DNA from: a virus
Length of the DNA: 64,000 nt
Virus record (IMG/VR): IMGVR_UViG_3300044797_000094
Span: 1 to 64,000 of that record
Reading direction: 5' to 3' (one strand)
The position numbers and the translations under genes were made by a program. The notes under the pieces were generated by a model. That model was not told the DNA's origin. It made no database searches and was given only the letters and a program-made list of their open reading frames with translations. Positions 46,415 through 56,835 of the stretch are shown here, one piece after another (the first letter of the stretch is position 1; each line of letters begins with the position of its first letter).

Positions 46415-48814
46415 ATGACGACGATACGAGAAGTTGTCGTAAAAGTGAATGTGGAGGCGGGGAGTGTGTCTCTCAATGCCGTGCAAGATCACATTCAAGC
46501 TTGCGTCGACGCGGCGCAGAAGCAGTTGTCGGATATTGGATCGTTTCAAAACACATCATCGTTTCCAGGTCCGGTCGTCGGTGGACTGAATTTTGGCGGC
46601 GGTCGGCCACGTCGACGCGGAGTCATGCAATTGACTCATCCGGGCGGTGACAATACCGTCAGCGAATCCGACGAACGCATGATGCGTGGAGAAGCCGTCA
46701 GCATGTTCGAGCGGCAAGATAGAATTGCTTCGCTCCACACGACACGCGACGCGATGAAGCGCGGCGACGAAACAGCGAAGGCACAAGCCAAGGGCGCGAA
46801 AGAGGCGGCGGATGCGACTGAGGCCGCAAATCAGTCAATGATCAAGCTCAGCAAAGGGCTCGCCCAGGTCGCGGCGTCAGCGTCCAGCACAAATGCGGAG
46901 CTTGTCCGATCAATCGTTGTTATTGAGGGGCTGGCGAATGCGGCGGGGGGATCTAAAGCCGGCGTCATCGCATCAATCGGAGCACAGATCGTTCAGATCG
47001 GCGCGGACGTCGCGAACATCTTCAACGATGCATATCTGCGTGAGGAAGAAATCCGGCACGTCCGCAGCAGGAATGTCGCCGCAACGCAGTCGATGATGTC
47101 GCGTCACGCGGAAGCTCAGTACAGCATTGAGTTGCAGCGCCACATGACGATGGCGATGCAACATCCGACGCTGGAGACCGAAAGATATGTCCCGTGGGCG
47201 ATGAAGCAGCGAATCTCCTACGCCGCGATGAAGTCGTCCTTGAACTCTGACGGTGGAAGCTCTCCCGAAACGCGGGGGCATTTGCGCCATACTCTGGAAA
47301 TTGAGCAATCTGGCATCGACGAAATGACGCAACAGGAGGGCCATATTCGCGGGCTCCTGGAGAAGAAATCGCTTCTTGACGCCACGCCGCAAAACTGGGA
47401 TGAGCGTCGTGCGGGCGTCATTGAGAAGCACAAAAAAGAGCGGGAGGAAATCAAGCGGCGAATCAAGGAAATCCACGACATGCCGGACACGGGAGCGCTC
47501 GGCAATTTGGCCGCATGGACATCGTCTACGGCCGTCGGTGCGTATAAGGGCGTCGTTGACACTGGTCCACAGGCGCTCCGGAGTCCACTTCAGACTCTCA
47601 GATTGGGACAAGAAAAGGAAAAGGCGGCAAAAAGCCACTTAGACGAAGAGCGGGAACTCAACAAAATCGAGGAAGAAAAGAAGTCCTATCTGGAACAACA
47701 AGCAAGACTGCACGAAGACATCTTGAATAAGCTGAACAATGAGCACAAAACAGGCATTCAGATCAAGCAAAACTTCGCCGACAATGTGCGGTCGCTCAAG
47801 GACGCGAAGGACAGCATGCTGGCGCATATTGGCGGCATGGCCCCAGGCCAGCAGTTGCAGGCGATGAATGCACTGAAGCTAAATAAGCAACTCGCGCAGG
47901 CATTTAAAGACCGCGATGCCGGTAAGATGGTTCCAATTCCTGGAGCGGCGGCGAGAAACGCCGCGAAGAAAGCGGCCGCCGACAAGGAAGCGAGACTCGC
48001 CAAGGTTGCGGCGGAGAATGCGGCGGCTCGGCCTAAGAAGGAGATGCCAAACGAGAGAAGCGCCCGACTCGATAAGATCAAATCCGATGCCACCGCGAAA
48101 CGGAAAGCGCAAGAAAACGAACGCCTGGATCGCAATGCGATCGCGAAATTTAAAAAGGCGGAGAAGACATTTACGCGTGCGCAATATCTCGCGATCGATA
48201 GAAATTCCGCAGCCATGAATAAGAAAGGCGCCTCGATACACGAGAAGGTCGAGGCTGCTCAAAAACTTTTTCCAGAAGCATTTGCCGTCAAGAATCGCAC
48301 TCCCGCCGACATCATGAACAAGAGCAAAGCGAATGCTCGTGCCAAAAAAGAGCGCGTCGGAGAACACGAGAAGGAACAGGCATCGGCCGAAGCGATCACG
48401 CCGAAGCCAATTGAGTACGAACCGGAAATGCAATTGACGCCTCGTCCGTATGTGGCCCCATTCCAAAAGGAGCGGATTCAGGCCGCTGGCGGTTCTGATG
48501 AATTAAGAAGGTTGAACATAGAAGAGGCTAAGGAAAAGGGAGCCGAGGATTTAATCCCCGAGGAGCACGACAAGGCGATTGAAGACGCGAAGGCCAAAGA
48601 AAAATCCGGTGGAGCATTCATTGACTCTCTCACGGCCGCCGCCGAAAAACTGGCGCCTGAGATTGCGAAGCGGAATGAAAAGATCGCAGGCCAGATTGTC
48701 GAGGTGTTTTCGAAACTGTTCGGCGGAATGGCCGCGATAGACAAGGCTCTTCAGCGAGTTGAACAGCAGAAAATAGACACCGATACCTCCGTCATCATGA
48801 GGCAGAATCAGTAA
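46415..48814 (+). CDS. Tape measure protein
   Basis: 799-aa helical Ala/Lys/Glu-rich ORF directly after the chaperones. Confidence 0.75.
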   Translation: MTTIREVVVKVNVEAGSVSLNAVQDHIQACVDAAQKQLSDIGSFQNTSSFPGPVVGGLNFGGGRPRRRGVMQLTHPGGDNTVSESDERMMRGEAVSMFERQDRIASLHTTRDAMKRGDETAKAQAKGAKEAADATEAANQSMIKLSKGLAQVAASASSTNAELVRSIVVIEGLANAAGGSKAGVIASIGAQIVQIGADVANIFNDAYLREEEIRHVRSRNVAATQSMMSRHAEAQYSIELQRHMTMAMQHPTLETERYVPWAMKQRISYAAMKSSLNSDGGSSPETRGHLRHTLEIEQSGIDEMTQQEGHIRGLLEKKSLLDATPQNWDERRAGVIEKHKKEREEIKRRIKEIHDMPDTGALGNLAAWTSSTAVGAYKGVVDTGPQALRSPLQTLRLGQEKEKAAKSHLDEERELNKIEEEKKSYLEQQARLHEDILNKLNNEHKTGIQIKQNFADNVRSLKDAKDSMLAHIGGMAPGQQLQAMNALKLNKQLAQAFKDRDAGKMVPIPGAAARNAAKKAAADKEARLAKVAAENAAARPKKEMPNERSARLDKIKSDATAKRKAQENERLDRNAIAKFKKAEKTFTRAQYLAIDRNSAAMNKKGASIHEKVEAAQKLFPEAFAVKNRTPADIMNKSKANARAKKERVGEHEKEQASAEAITPKPIEYEPEMQLTPRPYVAPFQKERIQAAGGSDELRRLNIEEAKEKGAEDLIPEEHDKAIEDAKAKEKSGGAFIDSLTAAAEKLAPEIAKRNEKIAGQIVEVFSKLFGGMAAIDKALQRVEQQKIDTDTSVIMRQNQ

Positions 48815-48816
48815 TC

Positions 48817-49533
48817 ATGCAATTTTTCTATGGGGGATTCACGCACGCCGACAATGAGGTCGCCTACGACTCGATTCAGAAGGCGTTCATCCGCGGAGCG
48901 ACTCAGAGAGCCCACTTGCTGCATGTTGTGTGGAATCTGCGTGGAAAGCTGCTCGGCACGCAATCATCGATCTTCTCTCAATACAACACTCTTTTGCTGG
49001 CCTATCAACAGGATGGGTTTAGTGCTGGATTCAATGGAACTCCATTCACGATCAATGGCCAGCAGGCAATCGGCGGGTGCCGAGTCGTGAGTCCGATCAG
49101 TCACGGCGACTTGGGCGGCGCAGAGATGGTGACGTACCTGAAATACACTTTCGCTCTCGAAGCGGATTTCATGTGGGCGTCGCCGACAGATCCACTTTCA
49201 TTTCAGGAGACAACGACGTTCACGGACAACTATGGTTTTCCGATGTATATTGAACTTCTGCCAGTTTCCGGATTGCCGATACTCCAGCAGGTCACGGATT
49301 CATCGTGGTATTTCGGAACGCAATCGGGAAGCCTGACGCAAGCCGGTCCGGGGCCGGTTCCAATGCCACCGCTATTTCCGGGTAATTTGAGGACGTCGGC
49401 AGGCGCGGCCAGAACGCTGAGTTGGGGAAGCCCGAAGATGATCAGAGGAAATCCGATCGAGTATTCCGTGAACTGGCGGTACGAATATATTTCGAGTTTG
49501 CCATTTCAAGCGTACCCGAACCAAGTAGGATAA
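48817..49533 (+). CDS. Distal tail / tail-tip protein
   Basis: Position after the tape measure gene. Confidence 0.55.
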   Translation: MQFFYGGFTHADNEVAYDSIQKAFIRGATQRAHLLHVVWNLRGKLLGTQSSIFSQYNTLLLAYQQDGFSAGFNGTPFTINGQQAIGGCRVVSPISHGDLGGAEMVTYLKYTFALEADFMWASPTDPLSFQETTTFTDNYGFPMYIELLPVSGLPILQQVTDSSWYFGTQSGSLTQAGPGPVPMPPLFPGNLRTSAGAARTLSWGSPKMIRGNPIEYSVNWRYEYISSLPFQAYPNQVG

Positions 49534-49541
49534 TGAGTTAA

Positions 49542-50783
49542 ATGTCAAGCAAGCAATGGGTCGGAAATGCCGCCGCGGTCTTGGACGTCTGGGTCATAAG
49601 TCTCTCAGGCACCGTCACAAGCCAAACCTACAGCGTCACAATCAACAGCAAGTCCATTACGTATGTGGCCGGGAGCGGCGATACGGTGGCGACGATCCTC
49701 GCGGGGCTTGTCACTGCGTGGCAAAACCTTCAGATTCCGCCTCCGGTCGAATTCAGTGAATTGACTCCAGTGGTGTCCGGTACAACGATCGTCGCCACGG
49801 CGAATGCGGCTGGAAATCCATGCGTGATTTCAGTGTCAACGGGCGGTAGTGCGACGTTCACAATCGCGCACACACAATCGGCGACAGGACCGAACGATTT
49901 CGCGAACGCTCAAAACTGGGTTGGGGGCGTCGCACCGGCCAATGGCGACACCCTGATCTTCGACAACGGATCAACAAGCTGCCTGTTCGGACTCTCGACA
50001 TCGCTGACGGGAATCACCGTGAACGTCAATCCGGGATTTTCCGGAAACATCGGGCTGCCGATCATCAACAGCAATAACAGCACTCCGTACGCGGAATATC
50101 GAACTCGGGCATTGACGTTGACCGGTGGGACGGCGGTCATAAATTCCGGTTCACTTTCTCGGTGCAATCTGGCATTCGGATCGACGGCCGCCACGGTGCG
50201 GGCTCAGCAGACGGGCAGGCGAATCGACGCGAATACGCCCGTCGTGTTGATCACGGGTGGAGCGAGCGGAAGTCAACTGGATGTCAGTAAAGGGGATGTC
50301 GGAGTTGCGTTCTATCAGACCGATACAGCGAACTTCCCGACGATCCTGACGACGTATATCAGCAATGCATTGACCGACGTGACGCTCTACTGCGGACCAG
50401 GGGCGACTCTGGGAACGATCACCGCCAATGGCGGGAACATGACGATCAACAGCAATGTGACGACATTGACGATGGGGACCGGAGGCGGAATTCTTCTCAT
50501 CAACGCGGGTGCCGTCACAACACTGACGGCCGACAATGGGACGATCCTATACAACTCGACCGGCACTCTTGGAACATGCATTCTCGCCGGAAACGCGACC
50601 CTTTCATTCGATCAAGATCCGAGAGCCAAGACGTTAACTAATCCTATCGAAGTCTACGGAAACTCCGCGATCGTCGCGGACAACAATAAAGTCGTAAATT
50701 CCGGAACTCTGAGCGTTACGACTTACCTCACGACGGCAATTAATGTTCAGCACGGTGCTGGATCGGCCATGACGTTCACGTGA
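49542..50783 (+). CDS. Tail-associated beta-helix-like protein
   Basis: NW.GG.AP.NGDTL.F motif and T/G/N-rich strands. Confidence 0.6.
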   Translation: MSSKQWVGNAAAVLDVWVISLSGTVTSQTYSVTINSKSITYVAGSGDTVATILAGLVTAWQNLQIPPPVEFSELTPVVSGTTIVATANAAGNPCVISVSTGGSATFTIAHTQSATGPNDFANAQNWVGGVAPANGDTLIFDNGSTSCLFGLSTSLTGITVNVNPGFSGNIGLPIINSNNSTPYAEYRTRALTLTGGTAVINSGSLSRCNLAFGSTAATVRAQQTGRRIDANTPVVLITGGASGSQLDVSKGDVGVAFYQTDTANFPTILTTYISNALTDVTLYCGPGATLGTITANGGNMTINSNVTTLTMGTGGGILLINAGAVTTLTADNGTILYNSTGTLGTCILAGNATLSFDQDPRAKTLTNPIEVYGNSAIVADNNKVVNSGTLSVTTYLTTAINVQHGAGSAMTFT

Positions 50784-50799
50784 TACGATGGCATGAATA

Positions 50800-52680
50800 A
50801 TGACGAGCACGAATAAAGGCGTCTTCTCGTATCCAGGTGTTTCACCGGTCGGCTGGCTGTCGTTCAGCTTCACCGACTGGGCCGGTATCAGCCCAGCCAT
50901 CGGCCTTTTGAAGATGGTGCCGCAACTTGGATTTCCAGATCTCAATGGAAACATTGTTCTCACATACAACAACACGACGGTCGTCCTGCAAAACTGTCAT
51001 ATCGATGCGATCTTTTTCGAACGTGGCAGCGGCGGAAAGATCCTCAACGTCCGTTTCTTCGACGAACGATGGGCCTGGAAGGACCGATCGATCACGGGCA
51101 ACTACAATTTCCTTCTACCGAATGGCTGGGTAGATCCGCTACATGAGGCCGATCCGCAGACCTTGGTGTCACTGTGCTTTCAGGCGCTGGGGGTCCAGAA
51201 TTACGACGTGTCGGCTCTGCCGTTGGATGCGAGGCCGATCGTCGACTGGGACCACGCCAATGCGGCCGAGGCGGCGGCCGACATCTGCGATCAATTGGGC
51301 TGCCGGATCGTACCGCAGAGATCAACGGGAGCGTGGGTCGTCTGCTTCACTGGAGTTGGTAACACCCTGCCGAATAACTGGCCGTATCGAGACCCGGGCG
51401 ACGGAATCGATCCGCAGGAAGTTCCGGATTACATTAAAATCGTGTCGGCTCCGATCGACTATCAGATGGCTGTTCGCCTTGAGGCCGTCGGACGTGACCG
51501 AAATCTTGGATGGCAACGGATTGACTATCTGAAGTACGCGCCAGACCCGCACGGTGATAGCCCCTATGGATTCGATTTGGGCTCTGTCGACTTCGCGTCG
51601 CTTAATCCCAATCGATTTCGGCTACCAGATGGCACGGTGACCAGCGATCGAGAATTGGCGTTGCAGACGATCTGCAAATGTTTCCGGATTCGTGATACAT
51701 ATCCGTTTCAATTCGCGGCGACGCCCACGAAGAAAAACCCGATACCCGATCCAACAAAAGCCACAATCACGGTCCCTGGGTATCCGACAAAGGTCTTTCG
51801 AAAGCAGATGATTCTGAGCAATCGCTTGGTCACGACGTATGTCGACGCATGGAACGAGCAACACACCAGGCCGGCATTTATCAGCGGTCTGTTTTGGAGT
51901 CCAAATGGCATGTCGGCTGGCGGCAACTTTCCATTCGGAAAACGAATCGACTCGCAGGTTAAAAACTACGATCAGATCAGCGAGGAAGACCAGACGACGT
52001 TCAGTCTGTCTCTTGACGAAGTCGATTCAGACCGCTCAATCATCACCCTCTCCCAGGCGCTGCGGTACAACAAGAGCGTGAGCTTCCAGGATGTCGATAT
52101 GGACGTGCCACAATTGTGGTTGACGTGCGCCGTGAATGTCCGCGATCTCTACACGTGGCAACCCGTCCGCAACGAGTTCTTTTATCAAATTGGAAACGGC
52201 ACCGACACGACGTTTTGCCGAACCGTGATCCAGGAAGACGTCAAACCCTATTATGTCACGACGTATCTGCCGGAAGTTGACGCCAACGGCGACTTGAAGT
52301 ATTCCACTGTCGAGGGAAATAGCGGAAAGAACATCCCAGGAACCGTCGACAATAGCGATGAAGTGGCGGCGATGAGCCTCTATTACGCTCAGCAAATCGC
52401 ACAAACCTACATCACGCAAAACACGTCCGAGAAAACGTATCTTGGAATTTTCCCTCTTGATATGGACGGAGCGGTCCAGCAAATCAGCTATTCAATCGGC
52501 GGTACAAATGGAGGAACAACGATGAGGGCGTCCCTGAATACCGAACATGATTGGCGGCTGCCGGGATATGACGAACGCCGACAGCGCGACGGACGGCACA
52601 ATATCATCGAGAAAATGATTCTGCAAAAAGAAATCGGCTATCGACGAGCCCAGAGAGCACGTGGAGGCGTCGACACGTGA
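50800..52680 (+). CDS. Baseplate hub / tail-tip protein
   Basis: Position; D.RWAW, 'P.VDWD....A.A...CD.LGCRIV'. Confidence 0.55.
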   Translation: MTSTNKGVFSYPGVSPVGWLSFSFTDWAGISPAIGLLKMVPQLGFPDLNGNIVLTYNNTTVVLQNCHIDAIFFERGSGGKILNVRFFDERWAWKDRSITGNYNFLLPNGWVDPLHEADPQTLVSLCFQALGVQNYDVSALPLDARPIVDWDHANAAEAAADICDQLGCRIVPQRSTGAWVVCFTGVGNTLPNNWPYRDPGDGIDPQEVPDYIKIVSAPIDYQMAVRLEAVGRDRNLGWQRIDYLKYAPDPHGDSPYGFDLGSVDFASLNPNRFRLPDGTVTSDRELALQTICKCFRIRDTYPFQFAATPTKKNPIPDPTKATITVPGYPTKVFRKQMILSNRLVTTYVDAWNEQHTRPAFISGLFWSPNGMSAGGNFPFGKRIDSQVKNYDQISEEDQTTFSLSLDEVDSDRSIITLSQALRYNKSVSFQDVDMDVPQLWLTCAVNVRDLYTWQPVRNEFFYQIGNGTDTTFCRTVIQEDVKPYYVTTYLPEVDANGDLKYSTVEGNSGKNIPGTVDNSDEVAAMSLYYAQQIAQTYITQNTSEKTYLGIFPLDMDGAVQQISYSIGGTNGGTTMRASLNTEHDWRLPGYDERRQRDGRHNIIEKMILQKEIGYRRAQRARGGVDT

Positions 52681-53747
52681 GCGATCGCGATCCGCAAATC
52701 GGCGTACTCGTACAAAACGATTCCGGCTTGGATATTCCGCCAAGATCGGTCGTCGTGATCGATTGGGTGGAAATCACGCCGACGTACGAGATGAATGAGT
52801 CGATCGCGATTCACCACATCGTGCGGTACACCGGTCAAGCGGGCAATCTTCTCGTTACCAGCAACTCCATACTCAAGGCTGGCCAGACCAGTTCGTCAAG
52901 CAGCATTCAGGCCCCACCGTCGACGGCCTCCGCGTCTGACAGCTCGACGGGAATTGGATGGTGGAACCCCGCGAACTCCTATGGACGAGCCTTCGCGGAT
53001 CAACGCATTTGCGTGGCTCTTGATCCAACCGTCGCGCCTCCATTGCCAGGCGAGGAATGGGGGCCGACTCCGAATCAATGGTACATCACAAGAGGCGGAG
53101 TCGGATTTCAGTCGGATGGGTATCCGACCGGGGATGATGGGTCGGCGAGTTCGTCGACGATTTGGATACCGTCCGGGTCATCGTCGTATTCGAGTTCTGG
53201 TTTCACATTTCCGTATGGGCAGTTCGATGTATTCTTTCGCGGAGCCACGGCATCCGGATCAGGAGGAGGAGGAGGAGGCGGGGGTGCGGGCGCCTATGGC
53301 GGTTGTCCAAACTGCTTTGTCTGTCCTGGGACGCCAACGATTTTTTCATGCGATGCAGCCCCGAGCGGGGCGTATCTTCAATATTTCATTCAGAGCATCG
53401 ATTGGGCGGACCCGTATAGCGTTTTTGCTCCTGATGGAACGATCACTATATGGTACGCGGTGGCCAGCGACTGCGGATCATCGGCAAGTGTTGGAAGTTC
53501 CGCATCAAGCAGCGGAAGCGGATGCATCTGGTACTCATGCCCGATCATTATTTGTCAAACTCCATCAAGCAGCTCGAGCTCGGGAAGCTCCAGTAGTTCG
53601 TCAACTTGCGGGACGTACCAATGGCAGATGGAGATCGTCACTATAACAGACGCATTTGGAAACTCAGTTCCGGCGATGCAGATGGTGCCGTTCTTTCTTT
53701 CCGGGACGGATTGGCTGCCGGACGGATTCTCGGAGACGCTCTCATGA
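52677..53747 (+). CDS. Tail-tip protein with multiple poly-Ser tracts and a Cys-rich C-terminal region
   Basis: 'VQNDSG.DIPP.SVV' N-domain; at least five Ser runs. Confidence 0.65.
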   Translation: MSDRDPQIGVLVQNDSGLDIPPRSVVVIDWVEITPTYEMNESIAIHHIVRYTGQAGNLLVTSNSILKAGQTSSSSSIQAPPSTASASDSSTGIGWWNPANSYGRAFADQRICVALDPTVAPPLPGEEWGPTPNQWYITRGGVGFQSDGYPTGDDGSASSSTIWIPSGSSSYSSSGFTFPYGQFDVFFRGATASGSGGGGGGGGAGAYGGCPNCFVCPGTPTIFSCDAAPSGAYLQYFIQSIDWADPYSVFAPDGTITIWYAVASDCGSSASVGSSASSSGSGCIWYSCPIIICQTPSSSSSSGSSSSSSTCGTYQWQMEIVTITDAFGNSVPAMQMVPFFLSGTDWLPDGFSETLS

Positions 53748-53917
53748 GGGTGCAGTCCCTTCAACCATTCAATCCATTATGTGGATCTAACGTCGTGTTT
53801 TTAAGACGAGAAACGCTGCCACAGCAAATGCCGGTGGCATGCATGACCTGCATCACCCCGTCGACGCCGCCGCCGGCGTCGTCCAGCAGCGACTCTTCAA
53901 GCGGCTCCAGCAGCTAA
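53744..53917 (+). CDS. 57-aa FxPLCxS-family peptide A with a poly-Ser tail
   Basis: ATGA-coupled; MRVQSLQPFNPLCGSN...TLP...CMTCITP...SSSSDSSSGSSS. Confidence 0.75.
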   Translation: MRVQSLQPFNPLCGSNVVFLRRETLPQQMPVACMTCITPSTPPPASSSSDSSSGSSS

Positions 53918-53931
53918 AGCGGCGTCGGAAG

Positions 53932-55017
53932 ATGAAATTCATCAGTACAAAATTATTTGATCCGCTCTGTTCATCGACGTTATCGCTCGTCCGTGCCGAC
54001 ACTTTACCGCCGACAGTTTTAGGCGCTGGCTCAGGATGCATTTTCTGCCTCGGAGCCAATGGATCGCCCCCCTACCAACCATGTCAAGGTGACTCGTTTA
54101 ATGTCAATTGCTGCTGTTCGTGTTTTAACGCTGAATGGCCTGGCGGAGGCGGCGATACGCCGAGCAACGCAGAACCGAGCGTTCCGATTGGTTTTCAGAA
54201 CTCCGTGACGCTTCTCGGCAGCGGACCGCCATACGTGACAGGCAGCACTGTCATAAACGACACGTGTGGTCAATATTACCGGCCCTTCACTTATGCACCG
54301 AACACGCCCTATTGGGGATACACAATCAATCCTGGTGGCATCGGCGATTGCCCATGCGTTTACAATCTTTCTGATGTTCCCACCGGAATGGTCGCAACAT
54401 TGTTTCAACAGCCAGACACGGTAGATTCTGATGGAAATCTCATCTGGGAACTCGGAATCCAATTCGCGACGTGTGGAAGTCTTGAACCCACCTTCTGGCT
54501 GCATTATGCGTGCGACAAATTTTCCTGCAAAAAAGGAGGCGTCTTTATTTTCGATGGGCATCAAAGCGGTACGCTCTATGGCGGCGGAACTATTCCAGAT
54601 CAGGTCACCGTCGTTCCGGCTACGTCATGCAATACGGAGTCATATGACGCGCTCGCGGGCGTCACATCGATCTCATGCACATTCGATTCTACATTTGCCT
54701 CTTCTCCTTTTTATTCTCCGTGCCCAAATCCAATTACGGCTACAGGCGCATTCGGACCTGGTGGGTGGCAGGGGAATTGCGCAGCCAGGTTTGGAATAAC
54801 AATCATCTGTGTTGCTGGTGGCATATACGTTTACGCAGGGTCCAATCCCAGTGGATTCGGGAACGAATTCGCGTATTATTATTCAACAGATGTCTCAAAT
54901 GGCATGACCCTCGACACGTCGAACATTTATCGCGTCCTGGATAACTATTATCCCGACTGCAACACGACGCTGCTGCCGAATACCATTATTCCGTACTCAA
55001 TCCAGTTGAATTGGTAA
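53932..55017 (+). CDS. Cys-rich protein B starting with the FxPLCxS module (putative receptor-binding protein)
   Basis: MKFISTKLFDPLCSST...TLP...CIFCL, followed by about 320 aa of Cys/Gly/aromatic-rich sequence. Confidence 0.75.
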   Translation: MKFISTKLFDPLCSSTLSLVRADTLPPTVLGAGSGCIFCLGANGSPPYQPCQGDSFNVNCCCSCFNAEWPGGGGDTPSNAEPSVPIGFQNSVTLLGSGPPYVTGSTVINDTCGQYYRPFTYAPNTPYWGYTINPGGIGDCPCVYNLSDVPTGMVATLFQQPDTVDSDGNLIWELGIQFATCGSLEPTFWLHYACDKFSCKKGGVFIFDGHQSGTLYGGGTIPDQVTVVPATSCNTESYDALAGVTSISCTFDSTFASSPFYSPCPNPITATGAFGPGGWQGNCAARFGITIICVAGGIYVYAGSNPSGFGNEFAYYYSTDVSNGMTLDTSNIYRVLDNYYPDCNTTLLPNTIIPYSIQLNW

Positions 55018-55020
55018 TCC

Positions 55021-55200
55021 ATGAGAATCGTGTCAGAGTCAGGATTCAGTCCTCTTTGCAACTCGCTCTTGATTGTGCAAGACCGGAGCACATTGCCGAC
55101 GACGCCCTACGGACTAGGCGGACCATTATTTCCCGCCGGATGCTATATTTGTCTTGTTCCCGTTTCCACTTCAAGTAGCTCGGGAAGCAGCAGTTCATGA
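55021..55200 (+). CDS. 59-aa FxPLCxS-family peptide C with a poly-Ser tail (missing from the ORF track)
   Basis: MRIVSESGFSPLCNSLLIVQDRSTLPTTPYGLGGPLFPAGCYICLVPVSTSSSSGSSSS; ATGA-coupled to the GT25 gene. Confidence 0.75.
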   Translation: MRIVSESGFSPLCNSLLIVQDRSTLPTTPYGLGGPLFPAGCYICLVPVSTSSSSGSSSS

Positions 55201-56300
55201 ACCGCTATTTCGATCGCACAGTCGTCATTAATCTTCAGCGGCGTCCAGACAGACGGTCGCAGATTCTTGACGAATTCAAAAAAGGCTGGCCGTTCGCTGA
55301 TCCGACGTTCTTCAACGCGATCGATGGCAGGAAACTTATGTGCCCCGTTGGATTCAACGAAGGAAACTTCGCATGGGCGTGTTTTCAGTCGTTTCGGAGA
55401 GTTGTGGAGTTGGCGGTCAATGATGGAATTGAATCGCTTTTGATCCTTGAAGATGACGCCGTTCTGTGCGAAAACTTCTCTGAAAAAGCCTCGGCGTTCA
55501 TGGCCGACGTTCCCGAAGATTGGGACTTCGTCTGGTTCGGCGGCCATCACATGAACACTCCGAAATTCGTGAAGCCGGGTTACATGCAATCCGTCCACAT
55601 GGATCGCAACCACGGATTCGGTGTGCGCGGCAAAGCATTGAAGGAACTCTATCGCTATTGGCATCAATGGCACGTCGGCCATTGCGACTGGGCGATAAGC
55701 CAATGGGTTTCGAGGTGGCGTTCGTATTGCCCTGAAGGCGACTGGCTCATCGGCCAACGCGGCGGCTGGTCGGACATCAAATTCCAGAACAAGCCGCAGG
55801 AATGGTGGAACGCAAGCGGGTACGTTCCGCCGCCGATTCCGAATCCAATACGAAGCGGAATGCCATTTGTTCCGGGTCGTCGTCAATTTGTTGGCAAAAT
55901 TATTCCAGGGGTTGTGATCATGGAAGGCGTCGGAAGAGAAGTTGAAAAGATCCTGAAATCGTTCGGCGTGGCAATGCCGATATGCGGCGAGTGCAGGCTG
56001 TGGATCGATCGCATGAATAAATGGGGGCCAGATGGCTGCGAACAAAATCGCGAGGAGATCCTCAAGCGGCTCCGTCAACACGCGGTCGCACTGAACATCC
56101 GCGATAAATTGCGTATGGGAATCGGCGCGTTCTATACTGGTTTCTGGCGAAAGGTCCGCTGGTACGATCCCGCTCCCGGAATTCTTGATGAGGCGATTCG
56201 AATTGTGAAAGAACGCGAATCCAAGATTGTGACGGATCAGGACTTCGTTTCGTCCATGCTGACGAAGGCCGGAGTTCCGATAGAACTTGCGGAGAAATGA
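55197..56300 (+). CDS. GT25-family glycosyltransferase with a C-terminal C..C...MN.WG.DGC domain
   Basis: VVINL.RR.DR, AIDG, AC..S, LILEDD, P.DWD...FGG. Confidence 0.88.
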   Translation: MNRYFDRTVVINLQRRPDRRSQILDEFKKGWPFADPTFFNAIDGRKLMCPVGFNEGNFAWACFQSFRRVVELAVNDGIESLLILEDDAVLCENFSEKASAFMADVPEDWDFVWFGGHHMNTPKFVKPGYMQSVHMDRNHGFGVRGKALKELYRYWHQWHVGHCDWAISQWVSRWRSYCPEGDWLIGQRGGWSDIKFQNKPQEWWNASGYVPPPIPNPIRSGMPFVPGRRQFVGKIIPGVVIMEGVGREVEKILKSFGVAMPICGECRLWIDRMNKWGPDGCEQNREEILKRLRQHAVALNIRDKLRMGIGAFYTGFWRKVRWYDPAPGILDEAIRIVKERESKIVTDQDFVSSMLTKAGVPIELAEK

Positions 56301-56835
56301 ACTGGCGTTGATTTTTTACTCACCTTCATTCATCATTCGTCTCGCAAGTCGAATCCAGCGACTTTACAATGAGAACGCACCGGATTTATTTCCGTCGCGG
56401 CCCAAAGTGAACTGCTGGATTCAGTTTGCCGCGGGCTTTTTCTTTTGATGGGCTCGCGTAACTGAGAAAAGAGGCCAGTTATGTTTCAGAGAACTTTGCA
56501 CGTTAAAAGAACTCTGCGGGTTCAGCCCCGAATGGATGCGATTCAAATCTCTCGCAGTAAGCTCCGATCGACGAAAGGTATGTTCCGCATCATGCGGTTT
56601 TCCTGGGAACGGGTTGGTAGTTGATCCAACACAAGAGCGACGTCCAGGTCCATATCCGAAAGAAACAAAAACGACCACATTAAGTTGACCGAAGCTTTTT
56701 ACCATAGCACGCCTCTGATTGTGCGAGATCCTTTCTGGACGTTGGCGAAAGCCTTATTCGGAGGGGATGCTCTTTTGACTTGAGGCGAATCGCATGCAAC
56801 AATCCTGACCGACATTTACTCATGAGGAGCTTGAT

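Noticed and set aside
53839-53931. Longer start for the Cys-rich gene given by the ORF track
   Set aside because: It overlaps peptide A out of frame. Homology with A and C places the real start at 53932.
55143-56081. 312-aa minus-strand ORF and many similar antisense ORFs
   Set aside because: These are shadows of well-supported plus-strand genes in a GC-rich genome and have no motifs of their own.
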